From Promethearchaeota archaeon (GTDB lineage: Archaea > Asgardarchaeota > Thorarchaeia > Thorarchaeales > Thorarchaeaceae): DNA of 64,000 bases. Numbering within the stretch: position 1 is the first letter of the stretch; every line of letters starts with the position of its first letter. Below are positions 50,669 through 59,016 of this stretch, piece after piece. The translations under genes were made by a program, and so were the position numbers. Where the stretch lies: contig JBHLPF010000007.1 of assembly GCA_048939765.1 (NCBI GenBank), positions 1-64,000 on the forward strand. The letters run 5' to 3'. Below the pieces are notes generated by a model. That model made no database searches and had not been told where the DNA came from. It saw nothing but the letters and a program-made list of their open reading frames with translations.

Positions 50669-53035
50669 TCAAAACCGCGTCTGCTCAGTCCTGGATATAA
50701 TCTCGTCTTGGAGGGGCTTGCCAAGATTGACGAAATAGTCACTATAGCCTGCGACTCTCACGATGAGGTCACGATATTTCTCTGGATTCTGCTGAGCCTC
50801 AAGTAGTGTGTCCCTCTTGATCACATTGAACTGTATATGGTGACCTCCTAGCTTGAAGTAAGCCCTAACTAGATGGGCCAGATTAGACCTGCCTTCTTCA
50901 TCAGCTACGATGTCAGGCATAAGCTTCTGATTCAGGAGAGTTCCGCCTGTTCGTGAATGATCAATCTTTGCGACTGATTTGATCACCGCTGTTGGTCCGT
51001 TGGTATCAGCACCGTGAGAGGGTGAAACACCATCAGAGAGTGGCCGGCCAGATTTGCGCCCATTGGGAGTGGCTCCAGTGACCTGCCCGAAGTAGATATG
51101 AACAGTCGTCGGGAGAAGGTTTACACGATATTCTCCGCCTCTAGTGTTAGGCCGACCATCTAGCATATCGAAATACCCATTGAAGATTGACTGCGCAATG
51201 CTGTCAGCATAGTCATCATCGTTGCCATATGCAGGGCTTTTGTTAACAAGCATCTGACGGATGGTTTCATGGCCCTCGAAGTTGTCGTTCATTGCCTTAA
51301 GCAGGTCTGTCATTGGTAGCGCTTTCTTGTCATAGACATGATATTTCATGGCTGAGAGAGAGTCGGTCAATGTGCCCATCCCCACTCCTTGAATGTAGGT
51401 GGAGTTGTATCTTGAGCCTCCATCGTGATAGTCCCTGGCCTGTGCTATGCAGTCGTCCATCAGAAGTGACATGAATGGGGATGGCATATATTGCGCATAC
51501 AGTCGTTCGATGATGTTGTTGCCTTTGATCTTTAGGTCTACAAAGTACCTCAACTGCTTCTTGAATGCTTCAAACATCTCATCATAAGAACCAAAAGCCT
51601 CAGGATTTCCGGTCTCGAGTCCCACCAATGTTCCGGATGCGGGGTCGATTCCATTATTCAGTGTGATCTCTAAAATCTTTGGCCAATTCAAGTATCCTGT
51701 GAGGATGACGCTCTCTTTTCCGAATGCGCCTATCGTGACGCATCCACTAGGCCCACCCATTCGTGCGTCTTCAACAGATTTGCCCATCCGCAGGAATTCT
51801 TTGATTATGACGTCGGTGTTGAACATGGAAGGCTGACCAAGTCCTGTGCTCACCACATCAACAGCTCTCAGTAGAAATTCCTCAGGATTCTCCTTACTGA
51901 TTTGGATGCACACGCTTGGCATGATAAGCTGCATCTCTTCACAGACCTCAAGCAAGAGATATGAAAGGTCATTCACAGCGTCGTTGCCATCTATCGTAAG
52001 ACCGCCTGTGTTGATGAGAGTGAAGTCTTGGTAGGTGCCACTCTGTTCCTCTGTGATTTCCACTTTAGGTGGTGCAGGCTGATTGTGAAATTTAACCCAG
52101 AAACACTGCAGTAGTTCTTTCGCAAAATCCCTGGTCATAAGTCCATTATCAAGATCGTTCTTGTAGAAAGGAAATAGGTTGATGTCAAGCCGCCCGGGAT
52201 TGAATGAATCCCACACATTCAGCTCGATGATTACGCCAAGATGCACAAACCAGTATGCCTGTAACGCCTCCCAGAAGTTTCGAGGCGCATTCGCAGGAAC
52301 ATGGCTACATACTTCTGCTATCTTCTCGAGCTCTTTCTTTCTCTCAGGAATGCTCTCTGATTCTGCTAGCTCCTTGGCTTTGTCAGCATGACGTTGTGCG
52401 AACTCGATTATGGCTTCTGCGACGATACGAATTGCCGTGAGCTCTTGTTCCTTGGCATAGGCTTCTTTGTCATTGTAGAAGTCAATCTTGTCCAATTGCT
52501 CATCGATGTCCTGAATGAAGTCATTGACCCCCCTTTGGTATATCTTGTCATCGAGGATTGCATGACCAGGGGCGCGTTGTTCCATGAACTCTGTGTAGAC
52601 GCCCGCTTCGAATGCCTTCATCCACTCCTCGGACATTGCTGCAAACACGCGTTCGCGCATAGTACGCCCGCGCCAGAATGGGATAACGTCCTCGCGGTAG
52701 ACCTCCTTTGCGTCATCACTGACTATGAAGCGAGATCTGACACGGTTATTGCAGATCTCCAAGTCGGATATAGTATGACAACAGAGCTCTGGATACGTTG
52801 GAGTCGCTCTTGGACTTGGACCGCGCTCTCCAACAATGAGCTCGTCTTCGCCTATGTAGATTTCTTTGTTGAGAAGGATATATCGAAAGGCCTTGGCCCG
52901 TGCCATAGGATAAGAGAGGTTGTCAGTGCCACCACTCTGATAGAAATCAGTGACTAACTCGGCCCTTTCTGTAGAGATATATGGGCTTGTCCTGATACTC
53001 TGTTCTCTCAGGCGCCCAACTCTCTCTGTGGTCAT
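50669..53035 (-). CDS. Glycyl radical enzyme, HypD (4-hydroxyproline dehydratase)-like, atypical Cys loop
   Basis: EFMEQRAPGH, WDSFNPGR, SGTYQDF, SGCVT, LPTTVHIYFG, RVAGYS glycyl loop. Confidence 0.9.
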   Translation of the reverse strand: MTTERVGRLREQSIRTSPYISTERAELVTDFYQSGGTDNLSYPMARAKAFRYILLNKEIYIGEDELIVGERGPSPRATPTYPELCCHTISDLEICNNRVRSRFIVSDDAKEVYREDVIPFWRGRTMRERVFAAMSEEWMKAFEAGVYTEFMEQRAPGHAILDDKIYQRGVNDFIQDIDEQLDKIDFYNDKEAYAKEQELTAIRIVAEAIIEFAQRHADKAKELAESESIPERKKELEKIAEVCSHVPANAPRNFWEALQAYWFVHLGVIIELNVWDSFNPGRLDINLFPFYKNDLDNGLMTRDFAKELLQCFWVKFHNQPAPPKVEITEEQSGTYQDFTLINTGGLTIDGNDAVNDLSYLLLEVCEEMQLIMPSVCIQISKENPEEFLLRAVDVVSTGLGQPSMFNTDVIIKEFLRMGKSVEDARMGGPSGCVTIGAFGKESVILTGYLNWPKILEITLNNGIDPASGTLVGLETGNPEAFGSYDEMFEAFKKQLRYFVDLKIKGNNIIERLYAQYMPSPFMSLLMDDCIAQARDYHDGGSRYNSTYIQGVGMGTLTDSLSAMKYHVYDKKALPMTDLLKAMNDNFEGHETIRQMLVNKSPAYGNDDDYADSIAQSIFNGYFDMLDGRPNTRGGEYRVNLLPTTVHIYFGQVTGATPNGRKSGRPLSDGVSPSHGADTNGPTAVIKSVAKIDHSRTGGTLLNQKLMPDIVADEEGRSNLAHLVRAYFKLGGHHIQFNVIKRDTLLEAQQNPEKYRDLIVRVAGYSDYFVNLGKPLQDEIISRTEQTRF

Positions 53036-53111
53036 GCATTATCACCTCTTCGATCTATTGGACTGGCTTGTTCCAATAATCTTGTTTCTATAAAAACCAC
53101 GGGTATGGACA

Positions 53112-53969
53112 CTAGTCATGAAAACCAGGAAGGGCTACAATAGTTCCCACTGATTTGTTAATCAGTGCAAGACTCGCTATGATTGCCTCCTCCAAACGCA
53201 CCGTTTCAGTACCTTGTCCCAAGATAGTGTTCACCCAGAAGTCGGAGTTCTTTTTGATTGCATCCTTTTCATTCGAAAGGAGTTCGGCGACACCGTGCAT
53301 CGGACCGCCAAAGACTGCAAGGATTGATCTAGTGTTTGCCACGGTGGATGCAATCTCGTTCTCAAGTCGATCGTAAGACGGTGCGTTTCTCGAGAAGATG
53401 ATTCGAGTCATATGAGCCGAGTTGCTCAGTCTATCTGTAAGACTAGTGATTCTCTCTACCTCGAACCCCCAGTATCTCTCAATTTCAGACCGATTGATGG
53501 GCTCAATGCGTATTCTGGGCGTGGTTTCGATGATGCGAAGGAGTGTGGGCGACCTTTCACTCAGTGCTTCAGAGTGGTCAATAAGCTCACCAATACCTAT
53601 GTCCACTTTGCCGAAACGAACTTGGACTCCCCACCTAGTCATTCCTATTGACAATTCTGAGGGTTCTGAGTCTAGCGGGTGACTGCGAGTTCTCAGCGGA
53701 GGCAGAAGACCTGCGAACTTCAAGGAAGGTGTCTTGGGGAAAATACGTCTACGAAGATATTGAGGAGTATCCATGAACTCGAGTAGCCTCACCAATAGGT
53801 CGGAGTCTCTCTTTGCCTTTGAACGCAGGTTTCCGGTTTCATATACAATCACGCGTTCCACACGAAAGACCGCCATCGCTCTGGCAAGGATGCCAGATTT
53901 CACCGTCTTCTGACGCAAGTCAGAACAGTCTACCAGCGATGTGTCAGGAATTGCGACTTGAAGACCCAA
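53112..53969 (-). CDS. SPOUT-family RNA methyltransferase (DUF171)
   Basis: ARA..VFRV, TPQYLR, G.LPPLRT, VFGG, QGTETVRLEEA. Confidence 0.88.
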   Translation of the reverse strand: MGLQVAIPDTSLVDCSDLRQKTVKSGILARAMAVFRVERVIVYETGNLRSKAKRDSDLLVRLLEFMDTPQYLRRRIFPKTPSLKFAGLLPPLRTRSHPLDSEPSELSIGMTRWGVQVRFGKVDIGIGELIDHSEALSERSPTLLRIIETTPRIRIEPINRSEIERYWGFEVERITSLTDRLSNSAHMTRIIFSRNAPSYDRLENEIASTVANTRSILAVFGGPMHGVAELLSNEKDAIKKNSDFWVNTILGQGTETVRLEEAIIASLALINKSVGTIVALPGFHD

Positions 53970-53981
53970 TACTGCATCCCT

Positions 53982-54419
53982 CTAGAGGTCCAATGTGAAT
54001 CTGAGCGTGGTACGATCCGCTCCCTGTTCAATACTCATATCTGCATATGTCATGGCCTTCACTTCTGTCCGTGTATCTTGACGCTCAAGATCGATATCCT
54101 CACCCCATATTCGACCATTTAGAGCAAAGCCCTCAGTATCTCTGGAAATCTTTTGAACCTGGAACTTGGAATAGAACTGAGAGTTGATGTCGATGAGTGC
54201 TATGAGATGACCAATCCATTCCACCAGAAGCTCCTCAATATCAATCCCGTGCACCGTTACATCAATGGATTCGACAGGCTGAACTGTCGATGTATCCAAT
54301 ATCACCTCTAATGCTCCAAGTGCCGCCTCCTCAAATGCCTCTTCCAGAGTTGGAGCCCAGCACTCTACTGTGATGTCAGCTGTGTGATCATGATACTTGA
54401 AACCGCGCTCGCCTGTCAT
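53982..54419 (-). CDS. Archease (RtcB tRNA-ligase cofactor)
   Basis: DHTAD, EVKAMTY, C-terminal LDL. Confidence 0.93.
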   Translation of the reverse strand: MTGERGFKYHDHTADITVECWAPTLEEAFEEAALGALEVILDTSTVQPVESIDVTVHGIDIEELLVEWIGHLIALIDINSQFYSKFQVQKISRDTEGFALNGRIWGEDIDLERQDTRTEVKAMTYADMSIEQGADRTTLRFTLDL

Positions 54420-54481
54420 TCTTCTCCAGCGCTCACCTCTACAAGAAGCTTAAAAGGCGTTTCCAACGGTTGCAATGCTGA

Positions 54482-54597
54482 GCCGAGGTAGCCAAGCCCG
54501 GATTACGGCGCTGGTCTTGAAAACCAGTTTCTTCGGAAGCATGAGTTCAAGCAATTCCACAAAATGTGGATTGGAACAAATCTCATCCTCGGCGCCA
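54482..54597 (+). tRNA. tRNA-Ser(TGA) with 29-nt non-canonical T-loop (58/59) intron at 54551-54579, CCA encoded
   Basis: GCCGAGG/CCTCGGC acceptor stem, CTGGT-CT-TGA-AA-ACCAG, long variable arm; removing the intron restores ATGAG-TTCAAAT-CTCAT; GTTC/GAAC central helix with AAG and AAA bulges. Confidence 0.92.
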
Positions 54598-54684
54598 TTT
54601 CTTCTATGTCTGTTTAGGTTAATCTCTATGAGGGCTTATTTCAAAATTCACAAAGTCTTTCCTTTATTTTAGATTGATATATGC

Positions 54685-55245
54685 TTAGCATTCAGATGTT
54701 TTGTGTAAAAAGAACTTCTTTTCAGCTTTATAGGGAGGATAAGAGAATAATTCGATATGGGCTATCTGTACTATGAAAGGATTCGTAATCTGTAAATCAA
54801 GGTAATCTTGGGAAATCTCCACTGCCTTAGCTATTTCCTGAGTTGGGAGGTCTAATAGAAGGGTCACATGTGGACTCCACATACTATCTGGTTTTCGATC
54901 CAAATCTACTCCTTGGTCTTCTAATGTTTCCAAGCAGAGTTTTCGTAATGATTGAAGATTGCTTGAATATTGTGGATTAAGATAGAAAACATGGCTGGCA
55001 GGAAACGTAGTCAGACCGGTAAATTCCAGTGAAAAGGAGTTAGAATTAGAAATTGCAGATTCCAATGCATCATAGTATTCTTGTTTTCTTAATTCTTCAT
55101 GTTCAAGTAATGTAATGTGGGGTGGCACTCGCACATATGTTTGACCATGCAAATCTGGAGAATCATTCAGGATTTTCTGTAATTCTTTCAACTTGTTAGT
55201 TGATGCTTCATCAAAACAAGCAATTATCCCAGTCCAAAAATCCAT
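54685..55245 (-). CDS. 2H phosphoesterase (2'-5' RNA ligase/ThpR-like)
   Basis: Two HxT motifs, PHITL and PHVTL; visibly AT-rich compared with neighbours. Confidence 0.8.
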   Translation of the reverse strand: MDFWTGIIACFDEASTNKLKELQKILNDSPDLHGQTYVRVPPHITLLEHEELRKQEYYDALESAISNSNSFSLEFTGLTTFPASHVFYLNPQYSSNLQSLRKLCLETLEDQGVDLDRKPDSMWSPHVTLLLDLPTQEIAKAVEISQDYLDLQITNPFIVQIAHIELFSYPPYKAEKKFFLHKTSEC

Positions 55246-55280
55246 GGTCCTCAACTTAGATAATCCAATTCAGTTCAAAG

Positions 55281-55304
55281 AACCTTAAGGGGTGCCTTAA
55301 GGTT
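55281..55304. repeat. Perfect inverted repeat AACCTTAAGG-GGTG-CCTTAAGGTT
   Basis: 10-bp arms, 4-nt spacer, about 30 nt before the first tRNA-end repeat. Confidence 0.8.
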
Positions 55305-55335
55305 TCCGAGAATGAAGGACCAGTAGTATAAGGCA

Positions 55336-55361
55336 TTCAAATCTCACCCTCGGCGCCATTT
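55336..55361 (+). repeat. Displaced copy of tRNA-Ser 3' end (att-like), intron-less form
   Basis: TTCAAATCTCACCCTCGGCGCCATTT vs spliced tRNA TTCAAATCTCATCCTCGGCGCCATTT (25/26). Confidence 0.88.
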
Positions 55362-55412
55362 AACTCTCGAAAGCTTGATTTTGCAGAGATGCAGAGAATA
55401 GTCGGTGTTTGG

Positions 55413-56402
55413 ATGGTTGAGTGTTTTGTCACAGGGGGCACCGGATTCATTGGGAGCCACATTGTCCGTCTACTGACTGAAAGAGGCGATCACGTTAATG
55501 TGTTAGTACGCAAGACGTCGAACATGGAATTGATTGAGAATCTACCGGTTTCTAAAGCTGTGGGAGATATCACGGATATTGATAGCATGGCGAGCGGAAT
55601 ATCGGATCACACAGAATGGTTCTTCCATAATGCGGCCCGGATGTCAGAATGGGGCGGGAAGGCTAGAAACTGGCCTGTCAATGTTGAAGGGACTCGCAAC
55701 GCCTTAGAGGTGGCCCGAAGAAAGGACGTTCCACAATTCATCTATACCTCATCGACCGCCCTCTATGGGTTTCCTGGAAAGCCGATGACAGAGGACTCTC
55801 CGAGAAGGCCATACGAGTCGTACCAGCAGTCAAAGCTTGCAGCAGAGGAATTGGTATGGAAGTATTCACAGGACTACGGAATCAGGGCTACGGCAGTTAG
55901 ACCACCAACGGTAGTGGGCCATGGCGATATGTACCTAGGTCCGATACTTATCGAGGCAGTGAGATCTGGAACATATGTGCACTTGGATGGTGGGAAGAAT
56001 CGTCAGAGCATTGTGCATGGCGAAGATGTTGCACGGTGCCTAATCTTGGCTGCAGAGAACTTTGGAAAAGCCCATGGAAATGCATACAATGTCACATCCT
56101 TCATTGTTGAGATGCGGGTCTTCATAGAGGCTCTGGCTGACGAACTTGGAGTACCAAAGGACTTCCGGAGTATGCCCTACAAAGCTGCACTTGCTGTCGG
56201 AAAGGTCACATCAGGTTTGTTTCGAGCCTTTCACCGTAAGGAAAGCCCCTTCCTGACAGCTTTTCGCGTGAAGTACATGGGCAGCGACTATGTAGTTGAT
56301 GACTCAAAGGTGCGCCAAGAGTTGGGGTATAAACCACGGTGGAACCTAGAAACCACAGTTAGAGACATGGTTGAGTGGGGAGGAGAATTCAAGCCTCGAT
56401 AG
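55413..56402 (+). CDS. NAD-dependent epimerase/dehydratase (3-beta-HSD-like extended SDR)
   Basis: VTGGTGFIG, HNAA, YTSS, YQQSK. Confidence 0.88.
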   Translation: MVECFVTGGTGFIGSHIVRLLTERGDHVNVLVRKTSNMELIENLPVSKAVGDITDIDSMASGISDHTEWFFHNAARMSEWGGKARNWPVNVEGTRNALEVARRKDVPQFIYTSSTALYGFPGKPMTEDSPRRPYESYQQSKLAAEELVWKYSQDYGIRATAVRPPTVVGHGDMYLGPILIEAVRSGTYVHLDGGKNRQSIVHGEDVARCLILAAENFGKAHGNAYNVTSFIVEMRVFIEALADELGVPKDFRSMPYKAALAVGKVTSGLFRAFHRKESPFLTAFRVKYMGSDYVVDDSKVRQELGYKPRWNLETTVRDMVEWGGEFKPR

Positions 56403-56456
56403 AAACCAAGGCGCTTTTGCAGAGTCTTGTGAGTGTTAGGCTATTGCTTTCCTAGA

Positions 56457-56480
56457 TTCCTCTCTCACCCTCGGTGCCAT
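56457..56480 (+). repeat. Second, more degenerate copy of tRNA-Ser 3' end (att-like)
   Basis: TTCctcTCTCACCCTCGGtGCCAT, same register as the first copy. Confidence 0.75.
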
Positions 56481-56598
56481 CTCTTCATAAAATAAGACTC
56501 CCAAGGTGCTATGTGTAGCTGAATACGACTCATTGCGTTGAACAAAGAGCTATATAATCAATTCATCCATTGGAAGAATATTGCGTGGTGGTATTGCT

Positions 56599-56952
56599 AT
56601 GAATAGGTTTCAGCGGACGAAGGCCGTACCTGAGCACATAGGATATGCCGTGGTACCAAAGCCGCTCCTGAAACGCTTCATCTTTTTGAGGTCGATGCGT
56701 TGTGCAGTTTGCGTTGCGCTAGCATTCTTGCTGCTTCTGCCTCTTACAATATTACCCGGACTAGTGGTTTTGGTGCTTCCCGCGGAGATTACCCTGGTTG
56801 GAAGAATTCAGGATGAAGCAGAACTTGTTCTTTGGGTGCGGAGTAATATGATCACTCAGGCAGGCACTTGGGAAGATGCTGAGTTAGAAAGCGAAATGGT
56901 TCGTCTAAGGACCCATGACAGACCTCGTGCTGTACAAGACTACTCACGGTAG
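56599..56952 (+). CDS. Hypothetical membrane-associated protein
   Basis: ATG after GGTGGT, one long hydrophobic stretch. Confidence 0.5.
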   Translation: MNRFQRTKAVPEHIGYAVVPKPLLKRFIFLRSMRCAVCVALAFLLLLPLTILPGLVVLVLPAEITLVGRIQDEAELVLWVRSNMITQAGTWEDAELESEMVRLRTHDRPRAVQDYSR

Positions 56953-57021
56953 ATAACACAGTAGTTTCCTATGGCTTGGGAATCTCGCCTAGTCTGAGTA
57001 AGGTAGCAGCAATCCTTGTCA

Positions 57022-57639
57022 TTAATTGGTCAAAAATACCATTATGGCCAAGACAAAGTAGTAGACCTGATAGGAACTGACCATAAACCTCTCGATCAGA
57101 CCGAAATAGCTACTTGTGGCTGTAAATGACGAGATAATGACAAGAATCAGTGAAACTATTGCCGTAATCAGCGAAAATGTCGCAAAAGCACTCCATTCGA
57201 ATACCGATTCTAATCGGAACCACATTGCCACCATTCCTGCAGTCGCCAATATTCCTGAGATTGCAATCAGGGTGAGGTGCAGCTTTCCACGGACAGTAAC
57301 AATCTCACCACCAGCATCAAGAGGGAAGAATAGAGCGACAAGCACTCCAAGGAGCCCACTGATTATGAATAAGATAGGCCCAATTATTGAGCCTACTCCA
57401 TTATTCACTCCCCAATGAAGACCAAGGTAGAAGACGAAAAGAAGGGTGCTAGATGTAATGATGAACTTGTCAAACAGCTTCTTGTTAGGAGCATCAACTG
57501 CCATGAGTGAGCTGACATCATCTCGAACGTGACTGTAATCAGGCTGGATAATTCCTCCAATGATCCACATTAGAGTATAGATGATTGGACTCAGCATTCC
57601 GCAGATTGCTAGAATCTGAAATAGATTCATGACTATCAT
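57022..57639 (-). CDS. DUF998-family membrane protein
   Basis: PDYSH....VS.L, FP.D, GKLH, GLIER. Confidence 0.8.
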   Translation of the reverse strand: MIVMNLFQILAICGMLSPIIYTLMWIIGGIIQPDYSHVRDDVSSLMAVDAPNKKLFDKFIITSSTLLFVFYLGLHWGVNNGVGSIIGPILFIISGLLGVLVALFFPLDAGGEIVTVRGKLHLTLIAISGILATAGMVAMWFRLESVFEWSAFATFSLITAIVSLILVIISSFTATSSYFGLIERFMVSSYQVYYFVLAIMVFLTN

Positions 57640-57654
57640 TCAACCCGTGCCACA

Positions 57655-58926
57655 TTAGGCGTTTAGATTCTCAATAACAGTGGCAACGCCCTGTCCGCCA
57701 CCAACACAGGCATTGGCAACTCCATATTTCGCGTTATTCTCTTTGAGAATTCTTGCCAGAGTGCCGGTCAACCTGATCATGGTTGAACCTAGAGGATGTC
57801 CAATCGCAGTGGAACCACCCATTACATTCACCTTCTCCTCCGGAATGTTCAGTTTATCCATGCAGTTGAGTGCAACAATGCAGAAAGCCTCATTGATTTC
57901 CCAGTAGTCAATGTCCTCGACGCTTAATCCTGCATGCTTGAGGGCCTTTTTGGTGGCAGGTACAGGTCCACGACCCATCACAGTTGGATCGACTCCAGCC
58001 CATCCCATGGAAACAATCCTTGCCATTGGCTCCGCACCTCGCTTTTCAGCCTCCTTTGCCTCCATTATGACCGCGGCAGTAGCACCTGCATTGAGAGGCG
58101 AGGCATTGCCCGGTGTAATCACTCCCTCTTCAGTCCCTTCTCGCTTGATATAGCCCTCTTTTCCACCATTCTTCTCAAGGAAGAAGGGGATTGATACTCT
58201 TGGGAGAGTTGAAACCTTCTCAAGTGTTGAGGGTCGTGCACTCAGATCCCTGTCCACCAACATGGGTTCGTCAACATTGCCAGGTGTATGTCCCTCAATA
58301 GGGATAATCTCCCCCTTGAACCATCCACTCTCCTGATTCTTGACTGTTAGATTGTGACTTCTCACACCGAATTTGTCCATGTCCTCCTTGGTAAAGGTGG
58401 GAACCTCTTCCTCGTACAGCTTCTGGGCTGTCTGTAACATGTTGAACACTGTCGCGGGGTCCAGGCCGGGTCGGTAGAACTCTGAAGCCTCGTCAGCAAA
58501 AGACAGGTTAGGTTCGACTCCCTTCCCCCTCACTCGGGTCATATGCTCAAATCCCGTTGATAGCACGGTTTTGCTGTACCCGGTCATAATCTCCATGATA
58601 CCAATATGCATTCCAGAGCCTGCAGACCCACACTGACGGTCGACAAAGATAGATGGAACATCATGTGGAAATCCTGACAGGAAGGCTGGAATCTTGCCCC
58701 CATAGGTCCAGTTCTCAAGGACTCCGGCGGCCACACCAATGGTGATCTCATCGATGTCCTTCTTCTCAATTCCTTTGTTCGCCAATGAACCATCAAAGAA
58801 TTTCATCAGCAACCGTGATAGGAGCTCATCTCCCCTAATCTCACCAAAGGCGTCAGTTTCTGGCTTATTGGGACGCGATCGTGAGAATGGGGTACGCACA
58901 TAATCGACCAGCCAAACTTCTTTCAT
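57655..58926 (-). CDS. Acetyl-CoA C-acyltransferase (thiolase)
   Basis: DYVRTPF, RQCGS, EINEAF, GHPLG, ACVGGGQG. Confidence 0.95.
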   Translation of the reverse strand: MKEVWLVDYVRTPFSRSRPNKPETDAFGEIRGDELLSRLLMKFFDGSLANKGIEKKDIDEITIGVAAGVLENWTYGGKIPAFLSGFPHDVPSIFVDRQCGSAGSGMHIGIMEIMTGYSKTVLSTGFEHMTRVRGKGVEPNLSFADEASEFYRPGLDPATVFNMLQTAQKLYEEEVPTFTKEDMDKFGVRSHNLTVKNQESGWFKGEIIPIEGHTPGNVDEPMLVDRDLSARPSTLEKVSTLPRVSIPFFLEKNGGKEGYIKREGTEEGVITPGNASPLNAGATAAVIMEAKEAEKRGAEPMARIVSMGWAGVDPTVMGRGPVPATKKALKHAGLSVEDIDYWEINEAFCIVALNCMDKLNIPEEKVNVMGGSTAIGHPLGSTMIRLTGTLARILKENNAKYGVANACVGGGQGVATVIENLNA

Positions 58927-59016
58927 GGCTTCCCCAGAAGGACTTCTGAGTTTTAACTCTTCTTTCGAATGGAGCATGAAAGAGGATTTATCTCACAGGA
59001 CGCCCTCCAACAGCTC

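Noticed and set aside
54516-54522. tRNA with TGA in the anticodon loop as possible tRNA-Sec
   Set aside because: Anticodon TGA reads UCA (Ser); tRNA-Sec would have TCA. The 7-bp acceptor stem is that of a normal tRNA-Ser.
56981-56989. AATCTCGCC as a third tRNA-Ser end repeat
   Set aside because: Too short and lacks the CCTCGGCGCCA core.
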